Shown here piece after piece: positions 24,068-32,000 of a stretch of DNA of 32,000 nt. The stretch lies in the NCBI RefSeq assembly GCF_000017305.1, contig NC_009664.2, positions 900,001 to 932,000 on the forward strand. The letters are read 5' to 3'. Numbering within the stretch: the stretch's first letter is position 1; every line of letters begins with the position of its first letter. The notes beneath the pieces were generated by a model. It searched no databases. It was not told where the DNA came from and saw only the letters and a program-made list of their open reading frames with translations. Position numbers and translations under genes: made by a program. This DNA comes from Kineococcus radiotolerans SRS30216 = ATCC BAA-149 (GTDB taxonomy: Bacteria > Actinomycetota > Actinomycetes > Actinomycetales > Kineococcaceae).

Positions 24068-25768
24068 ATGCCCCGCCCCCGTCCCGCCGTCCTGGCCGCC
24101 GCGAGCGCCCTCGCGCTCGCCGGCCCCCTGCTGCTGTCGGTCTCGCCCGCTGCGGCGGCCCCGGCCCCCGCGGCGGCCCCGCTCTCCGGGCAGCGCCCGG
24201 CCACCGTCGAGGAGGCGCAGCGGCAGTTCGAGGCCCGCACCCCGCAGCGCTACCGCGACCAGGACCTGGCGTGGTCGCCGTGCAGCAGCGCGCAGATCGG
24301 GCTGCTGAACTCCCTCGTGGTCGGGCTGGAGTGCGCGCGGGTCGCGATGCCCCGCGACTGGGACGCCCCGGAGGAGGGCGAGCCGCTGCAGGTGACGATC
24401 AGCCGGCTGCCGCAGGCGGGGCCGCGCCCGGAGCGGACGATCATCACCAACCCCGGCGGCCCGGGCGGGGCGGGGCTGACCCTGGCCACCCTGCCCTCGA
24501 TGGCGCCCGCCCTGGCCGGCACCGAGGTCATCGGCCTCGACGTGCGCGGCACCGGGGCCAGCTCGTCGCTGACCTGCGGGGACGACCTCCTCGCCGCCGC
24601 GAGCGCGGCGCCGGACTACCGCGACCGCTCCCCCGAGGCGCTCGCCCTCGCGGCGGAGTCGGTACGGGCGGGCGCGGAGGCGTGCGCCGACGACCCGCTG
24701 GCGGACGTCGTGAACACCCGGCAGACGGTGTTCGACGTCGACCTGGTCCGCGACGCCCTGGACCGCGACACCATCGACTGGGTCGGCTACTCCGGGGGCA
24801 CGTGGCTGGGGACGCAGTTCGCGACGCACCTGCCGGGACGGGTGGGCCGCTTCGTCCTCGACTCCACCGTGGACGCCACCGCCGGCTACCAGGAGGTGTT
24901 CTCCTACCAGCCGATGGCGTTCCAGCGCCGCTTCGAGCAGGACTTCGCCCCGTGGGTGGCGGCCGGGAACGCCGCGTACGGGCTGGGCGCCACCGGCGAG
25001 GAGGTCACCACGACCTACGAGCGCCTGCGCGCGAGCCTGGCCGCCCGCCCGATCGGCGTCCCGGGCCTCACCGTCGACGGGACGCTGCTGGACTCCCTGG
25101 TGCTGCAGGCGATGTACGGCAAGGCGCAGTTCCCGCAGGCCGCGTGGCTGCTGAGCGCGGTGCAGGTCGTCGACGCCCTGCGCGGCGGCGGCGTGCCCGT
25201 GCCCGCCGGGCTCACCGCCCGCGTCGGCGACCTCGCCCGGGCCCTGTCCCCGGTGGAGCCCTCCGCGGCGGGGAAGCAGCAGGCGACGTTCGCGGCGACG
25301 ACCTGCGGCGACAGCGCGTGGACGCGGGACCAGGCGTACTGGGACGCGCTCGGGGACGAGCAGGGCGCGCGGTACCCGCTGCTGGGGTACGCGCAGTCGC
25401 AGCAGGTCTGCGCCTACTGGGACCGCCCGGACCTGACCCTGCCCGTCGTCGACGGCGCCGACCTGCCGCCGCTGCTGATCGTGCAGTCGCGCCACGACCC
25501 CGCCACCGCCTACGAGGGCGCGGTCCGCACGCACGAGGCGCTCGGGTCCTCGGTCATGATCACCGTCGAGGACGAGGGCGACCACGGCCTCTACGGCGCG
25601 GGCAACCCCTGCGTCGACGACGCGGTGAGCACCTTCCTCACCACCGGCGCGGCCCCCGCGCAGGACTTGACCTGCCGGGGCACCGGGCTGCCGCCGGTGG
25701 CCGGCGGCGGTGCGGAGAGCCTGCTCGCGAAGGTGCTGCGCACCGCGCGGGGTGCGGCCTCGGTGTGA
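24068..25768 (+). CDS. Secreted alpha/beta hydrolase, tripeptidyl aminopeptidase (Tap/SlpD)-like with a TAP-like C-terminal domain
   Basis: ATG 24068 has a GGAAGG Shine-Dalgarno 7 nt upstream. The signal peptide is MPRPRPAVLAAASALALAGPLLLSVSPAAAA. The nucleophile elbow is GYSGGT. The C-terminal region is LLIVQSRHDPATAYEGA...EDEGDHGLY (Asp/His of the triad). Confidence 0.88.
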   Translation: MPRPRPAVLAAASALALAGPLLLSVSPAAAAPAPAAAPLSGQRPATVEEAQRQFEARTPQRYRDQDLAWSPCSSAQIGLLNSLVVGLECARVAMPRDWDAPEEGEPLQVTISRLPQAGPRPERTIITNPGGPGGAGLTLATLPSMAPALAGTEVIGLDVRGTGASSSLTCGDDLLAAASAAPDYRDRSPEALALAAESVRAGAEACADDPLADVVNTRQTVFDVDLVRDALDRDTIDWVGYSGGTWLGTQFATHLPGRVGRFVLDSTVDATAGYQEVFSYQPMAFQRRFEQDFAPWVAAGNAAYGLGATGEEVTTTYERLRASLAARPIGVPGLTVDGTLLDSLVLQAMYGKAQFPQAAWLLSAVQVVDALRGGGVPVPAGLTARVGDLARALSPVEPSAAGKQQATFAATTCGDSAWTRDQAYWDALGDEQGARYPLLGYAQSQQVCAYWDRPDLTLPVVDGADLPPLLIVQSRHDPATAYEGAVRTHEALGSSVMITVEDEGDHGLYGAGNPCVDDAVSTFLTTGAAPAQDLTCRGTGLPPVAGGGAESLLAKVLRTARGAASV

Positions 25769-25806
25769 GCGGGGGCGGTGGGCGAGGATGACCCGGTGAG
25801 GACGAC

Positions 25807-27081
25807 GTGAGCACCCCCCACCCACCCGCGCTCGCCGGGCTCGGCGACACGATCGGCGACGACGAGCGCCGGGCCGCCCTGCGGCGGATGCGGCTGCTGG
25901 CCACCGGGCTGCTGGTGCTGGCCGCCGTCGTCTACGCGCTGACCCTCGGCAGCGAGGGCGGGTGGGGCTTCGTCAACGCCGCCGCCGAGGCGGCCATGGT
26001 CGGCGCCGTCGCCGACTGGTTCGCCGTCACCGCGATCTTCCGCCACCCGCTGCGGTTGCCGATCCCGCACACCGCGCTCATCCCGCGGCGCAAGGAGGCC
26101 CTCGGCAAGAGCCTGGAGCAGTTCGTCGCGGAGAACTTCCTCGCCGAGGACGTCGTGCGGGACAAGGTCGTGCGGGCGGGGATCCCCCGGCGGGCGGGCT
26201 CCTGGCTGGCCGACCGCGGCGGCTCGGCGCGGGTGGTGGAGGAGGCCTCCACCATCCTCACCGGGGCGATGGGCATCCTGCGCGACGAGGAGGTCACCGC
26301 CGTCCTCGACCAGGTCCTCGTCCGCCGCCTCGGGTCGCAGTCCTGGAGCCCCGTGCTGGGCCGGTTGCTGGGTGAGGTCGTCGCCGACGGCACCCACCAC
26401 CCCGTCGTGGACCTCACCCTGGCCGAGGCGCAGCGCTGGCTGCGCACCAACGAGGACCGCGTCCGGGCCATGGTCACCGGCCGCGCCCCCCTGTGGGTGC
26501 CGGACTGGCTCAACGACCGCCTCGGCAAGCGCGTCTACGACGAGGCGCGGTCCTGGGTCGACGAGGTCGCCGCCGACCGCGACTCCGCGGGGCGCAAGGC
26601 CATCGACGACCTGCTGGCCCGCTACGCCGACGCCCTGCAGCACGACCCGGAGACCCGGGCCAAGGCCGACGAGTTCCAGCAGCGCCTGCTGAACTCCCCC
26701 GGCCTGGCCGACACCGTCGCCGGCCTGTGGGCCAGCGTGCGCCGGTTCCTCCTCGAGGCCCTCGCCGACCCGGCGTCCTCGCTGCGGGTGCGCAGCGAGG
26801 AGGCCCTCGTCGACGTCGGGAACCGCCTCGTCACCGACGAGGCGTTCGCCAAGCGCGTCGAGGGGCACCTCACCGACGCGGCCGGCCACGTGGTGCGCCG
26901 CTTCGCCCCCGAGCTCGCCACGGTGATCTCCGACACCGTCGCCCGCTGGGACGGCGACGACGCGGCCCGGCGCATCGAGCTGCACGTGGGCCGCGACCTG
27001 CAGTTCATCCGGATCAACGGCACCGTCGTGGGCGGGCTGGTGGGGGTCCTCATCCACACCGTCACCGTGCTGGTCAGCTGA
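25807..27081 (+). CDS. DUF445 family membrane protein
   Basis: 424 aa. GTG start with a GAGGA Shine-Dalgarno. Motifs are [34 protein letters not shown] and the C-terminal [20 protein letters not shown], both typical of DUF445. Confidence 0.88.
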   Translation: MSTPHPPALAGLGDTIGDDERRAALRRMRLLATGLLVLAAVVYALTLGSEGGWGFVNAAAEAAMVGAVADWFAVTAIFRHPLRLPIPHTALIPRRKEALGKSLEQFVAENFLAEDVVRDKVVRAGIPRRAGSWLADRGGSARVVEEASTILTGAMGILRDEEVTAVLDQVLVRRLGSQSWSPVLGRLLGEVVADGTHHPVVDLTLAEAQRWLRTNEDRVRAMVTGRAPLWVPDWLNDRLGKRVYDEARSWVDEVAADRDSAGRKAIDDLLARYADALQHDPETRAKADEFQQRLLNSPGLADTVAGLWASVRRFLLEALADPASSLRVRSEEALVDVGNRLVTDEAFAKRVEGHLTDAAGHVVRRFAPELATVISDTVARWDGDDAARRIELHVGRDLQFIRINGTVVGGLVGVLIHTVTVLVS

Positions 27082-28171
27082 GCGGGGTGGTCCCCGAGAT
27101 CGTCGCCGAGCCCAGCACCCGCGTCCCGCGGTAGACCGCGACCGTCTGCCCGGGCGCGACCCCGCTGAGGGGGGTCCGCAACCGGACCCGGAGCACGGGG
27201 TCGTCGGCGGGGCCGGTGAGCTCGGCGACCGCGGGCACCGGTTCGCCGTGCGCGCGCACCTGGACGTGGACCTCCACGGGCCCCACGGGCGCGTCGGCGT
27301 TCCACACCGCCTCCACCGCCTCCAGCGCGCCCACCGACAGCCGCTCGGCCGGTCCCACGGTGACCGTGCGTCGCACCGGCTCGATGCTCAGCACGTACCG
27401 CGGCCGCCCGTCCGCGGCGGGGCGGGAGATCCCCAGCCCCTTGCGCTGGCCGACGGTGTAGCCGTAGGTGCCGGTGTGGGTGCCGAGGACCTCCCCGGAC
27501 TCGTCGACGACCTCGCCGGGGACCTCGCCGAGCTTGTCGGCGAGGAAGCCGCGGGTGTCCCCGTCGGGGATGAAGCAGATGTCGTGGCTGTCGGGCTTGC
27601 TCGCCACCGGCAGCCCGCGGCGCTCGGCCTCGGCGCGGACCTCGGCCTTCGTCGGGGCGTCGCCGAGGGGGAACATGGCGTGCGCGACCTGGTCGGCGTC
27701 GAGGACGGCGAGGACGTAGGACTGGTCCTTGGCCGCGTCGGCGGCGCGGTGCAGCTCCGCCCGCCCGTCCGGGCCGGTCACGACGCGCGCGTAGTGGCCG
27801 GTGGCCACGGCGTCGAAGCCGAGGGCGATCCCCTTGTCCAGCAGGGCGGCGAACTTGATGCGCTCGTTGCAGCGCACGCACGGGTTCGGGGTGCGGCCCG
27901 CGGCGTACTCGGCCACGAAGTCGGCCACCACGTCCTCGACGAAGTCCTCGGAGAGGTCCCACACGTAGAACGGGATGCCGAGCAGGTCCGCGGCGCGGCG
28001 GGCGTCGAGGGCGTCCTCGATGGTGCAGCACCCCCGCGACCCCGTCCGCAGCGTCCCGGGGCTGCGGTTCAGCGCCATGTGGACCCCGACGACCTCGTGC
28101 CCGGCGTCCACCGCGCGCGCGGCCGCGACCGCGGAGTCGACCCCGCCGCTCATGGCGGCCAGCACCCTCAC
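27074..28171 (-). CDS. mnmA: tRNA 2-thiouridine(34) synthase (tRNA-specific 2-thiouridylase)
   Basis: The GTG at 28171 overlaps the iscS stop (GTGA). 365 aa with a PP-loop ([15 protein letters not shown]) and motifs [23 protein letters not shown] and KDQSYVL. Confidence 0.96.
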   Translation of the reverse strand: MRVLAAMSGGVDSAVAAARAVDAGHEVVGVHMALNRSPGTLRTGSRGCCTIEDALDARRAADLLGIPFYVWDLSEDFVEDVVADFVAEYAAGRTPNPCVRCNERIKFAALLDKGIALGFDAVATGHYARVVTGPDGRAELHRAADAAKDQSYVLAVLDADQVAHAMFPLGDAPTKAEVRAEAERRGLPVASKPDSHDICFIPDGDTRGFLADKLGEVPGEVVDESGEVLGTHTGTYGYTVGQRKGLGISRPAADGRPRYVLSIEPVRRTVTVGPAERLSVGALEAVEAVWNADAPVGPVEVHVQVRAHGEPVPAVAELTGPADDPVLRVRLRTPLSGVAPGQTVAVYRGTRVLGSATISGTTPLS

Positions 28172-29394
28172 CGGGACACCCCGGCCCCCAGGGCCGGGCG
28201 GACCCGGCGGCGCGCCCGCGCCGAGCGCGAGCCCGTGGCCCGGCGGGCGCGCTCGACGGCGGGGCCGATGGCGGCCAGCGCGGTGTCCACGTCGTCCGCG
28301 GTGGAGTCCCAGCCGAGGGAGAACCGCAGCGCCCCGGCGGCCTCGGCGGCGCTGAGCCCCATGGCGAGCAGGACGTGGCTGGGCCGGGGCACCCCGGCCT
28401 GGCAGGCGGACCCGGTGGAGCACTCCACCCCGGCGGCGTCGAGCAGGTAGGTCAGGGAGTCCCCCTCGCAGCCCTCGAAGGTGACGTGGGCGTTGCCCGG
28501 CAGCCGCTGCGGTCCCGGCGGGGCCCCGCGCAGGGTCGCCCCGGGGACCTGCAGCAGCCCGGCGAGCAGCCGGTCGCGCAGGGCCGCGAGCCGGGCGGCC
28601 TCCTCGGGCCGGTGGGCGAGCGCGGCGGTCAGCGCGGCGGCGGTGGCGCGGGCGCCGGTGGCGTCGAGGGTGCCCGAGCGGACCCCGAGCTCCTGGCCGC
28701 CGCCGTGGACCAGCGGGACGAGGGTCGTCCCGCGCCTGACCAGCAGCGCGCCGGTGCCGACGGGACCGCCGAACTTGTGCGCCGACAGCGACAGCAGGTC
28801 CGCCCCGGAGGCGGCGAAGTCCACCGGCAGGGAGCCCACCGCCTGGACGGCGTCGGTGTGCAGGGGAACGCCGGCGGCGTGGGCGAGCTCGGCGGCGCGC
28901 GCGACGGGCTGCACGGTGCCGACCTCGTTGTTGGCCCACATCAGGGAGACCAGCGCGACGTCGTCGGGGTGGCGCAGGGCGGCCTCGAGCGCGTCGGGGT
29001 CCAGGCACCCGGTCCCGTCCACGGGCAGCCAGGTGACCAGTGCGCCCTCGTGGGCCTCCAGCCACCGCACGCAGTCCAGGACGGCGTGGTGCTCGGTGGC
29101 GGCGAGCAGGACCCGCCGGCGCGCGGGGTCGGCGGCCCGGCGGGCGCGCAGCAGCCCCTGGAGGGCGAGGTTGTCGCTCTCGGTGCCCCCGGAGGTCCAG
29201 ACGACCTCCCCGGGGCGCGCGCCGAGGGCCGCGGCGAGGGCCTCGCGGCTCTCCTCCACCGCGACGCGGGCCCGGCGGCCGGCGGAGTGCAGCGAGGACG
29301 GGTTGCCGGCGCCGCGGGCGGATCCGGCCACGAGGGCCTCCAGCGCTTCCGGACGCAGGGCCGTCGTCGAGGCGTGGTCCAGGTACGCGCTCAC
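28168..29394 (-). CDS. iscS: Cysteine desulfurase (class V aminotransferase, NifS/IscS-like)
   Basis: GTG at 29394 ([17 protein letters not shown]). Motifs are [11 protein letters not shown], the PLP lysine motif [16 protein letters not shown] and the active-site region STGSACQAG. The track ORF start at 29445 is probably over-extended. Confidence 0.93.
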   Translation of the reverse strand: MSAYLDHASTTALRPEALEALVAGSARGAGNPSSLHSAGRRARVAVEESREALAAALGARPGEVVWTSGGTESDNLALQGLLRARRAADPARRRVLLAATEHHAVLDCVRWLEAHEGALVTWLPVDGTGCLDPDALEAALRHPDDVALVSLMWANNEVGTVQPVARAAELAHAAGVPLHTDAVQAVGSLPVDFAASGADLLSLSAHKFGGPVGTGALLVRRGTTLVPLVHGGGQELGVRSGTLDATGARATAAALTAALAHRPEEAARLAALRDRLLAGLLQVPGATLRGAPPGPQRLPGNAHVTFEGCEGDSLTYLLDAAGVECSTGSACQAGVPRPSHVLLAMGLSAAEAAGALRFSLGWDSTADDVDTALAAIGPAVERARRATGSRSARARRRVRPALGAGVSR

Positions 29395-29400
29395 ACCGGA

Positions 29401-29414
29401 CAGTCTAAGGACTG
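29401..29414. promoter_or_regulatory. Inverted repeat CAGTC-taag-GACTG containing the iscS -10 hexamer TAGACT (minus strand, 29402-29407), 7 nt upstream of the iscS GTG
   Basis: The minus strand reads TAGACT-gtccggt-GTG. This is the only AT-containing patch of the 33-bp iscS/glgX divergent spacer. Confidence 0.4.
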
Positions 29415-29427
29415 GCACACTGCCCCG

Positions 29428-31590
<2,163 letters not shown>

Positions 31591-31635
31591 GGTGGCCGCG
31601 CCCGCCGCGCCCGCCCCGCCGGCCCGGCCGCCGCG

Positions 31636-32000
31636 TCAGCGCCGTCCGGCGTCGGGTCCCCACTTCGTCAGGACCAGCGTCTCGACGATGCTGACGAGGG
31701 TGTAGAGCAGGATGGAGGCGAACGTCACGACCACGACGATCGACCAGAGCTTGCTGTACTGGACCTGGGCGTTGGCGCGGAAGATCTCCGCCCCCAGCCC
31801 CCGGCCGCTGAACAGCCACTCGTAGAGCATTGCGCCGATGACCGCCCCGGGCACGGAGATCCGGATCGCGGCGAAGAGGTTCGGGAGGGCCGTCGGGACC
31901 GCGACGAGGCGCAGCGCCGTCCACCTGCTGCCGCCGTTGACGCGGATGACGTCGAGCGCCTGCGGCGAGGCCGACCGCAACCCGATGGCGGCGTTGACCA
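31636..32000 (-). CDS. ABC transporter permease (nitrate/sulfonate/taurine NitT/TauT-type), C-terminal part only; the N-terminus lies beyond the window end
   Basis: The track ORF 31636..31980 continues open to the window edge. The sequence ...RWTALRLVAVPTALPNLFAAIRISVPGAVIGAMLYEWL..GRGLG resembles the SsuC/TauC-type permease C-terminal region. Confidence 0.75.
   Translation of the reverse strand, partial: VNAAIGLRSASPQALDVIRVNGGSRWTALRLVAVPTALPNLFAAIRISVPGAVIGAMLYEWLFSGRGLGAEIFRANAQVQYSKLWSIVVVVTFASILLYTLVSIVETLVLTKWGPDAGRR

Noticed and set aside
22883-25825. 980-aa minus-strand ORF and 826-aa plus-strand ORF (23311..25791)
   Set aside because: They span the Rv3015c-like gene and the alpha/beta hydrolase gene on opposite strands. 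They have no motifs and show extreme Arg/Gly/Pro content.
31591-31635. Tandem 9-nt duplication ccgcgcccg x2 in the glgX/permease convergent gap
   Set aside because: It is low-complexity GC-rich DNA with no stable hairpin and no coding potential. It is probably trivial slippage.

Overview
This is a very high-G+C (visually above 70%) actinobacterial chromosomal segment. I saw no rRNA or tRNA genes, CRISPR arrays, transposases or integrases.

Three blocks:
- (1) 1-9763, nitrate/nitrite assimilation cluster. A 3'-truncated assimilatory nitrate reductase (nasA, minus strand) faces a seven-gene plus-strand operon: narK, an unrecognised 115-aa ORF, nirB, nirD, a SirC-SUMT (CysG-like) fusion, a HemD-like/winged-helix regulator (NnaR type) and a CbiX/SirB chelatase. 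The last five genes are linked by four consecutive RTGA start/stop overlaps.
- (2) 9718-13699, small accessory-looking stretch. It holds a 2-hydroxyacid dehydrogenase, a PQQ-type sugar dehydrogenase lipoprotein, a membrane protein plus ICMT-family methyltransferase pair, and a secreted repeat protein with LTxxQ-like motifs.
- (3) 13906-32000, housekeeping region. Its gene order recalls the Mycobacterium tuberculosis Rv3009c-Rv3025c neighbourhood: gatCAB, ligA, an Rv3015c-like MetE-fold protein, mnmA-iscS. Interspersed are an amidinotransferase/DDAH-like gene, a phytase-like secreted protein, a GNAT-DUF523 pair, a secreted Tap-like alpha/beta hydrolase, a DUF445 membrane protein, glgX and a truncated ABC permease.

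Most long ORFs in the supplied track are Arg/Pro/Gly-rich shadow frames of these genes and were rejected.

No clear defence, toxin or mobile system is visible. Observations most worth follow-up:
- the orphan ORF wired into the nas operon;
- the embedded HemD-wHTH regulator;
- a recurrent TANNNT-N6/7-start (leaderless mRNA) signature at seven operon-leading genes;
- a cysteine-free MetE-like/GNAT/DUF523 operon;
- an LTxxQ-like secreted protein;
- a 17-bp tandem duplication next to a possible 47-aa ORF downstream of ligA.
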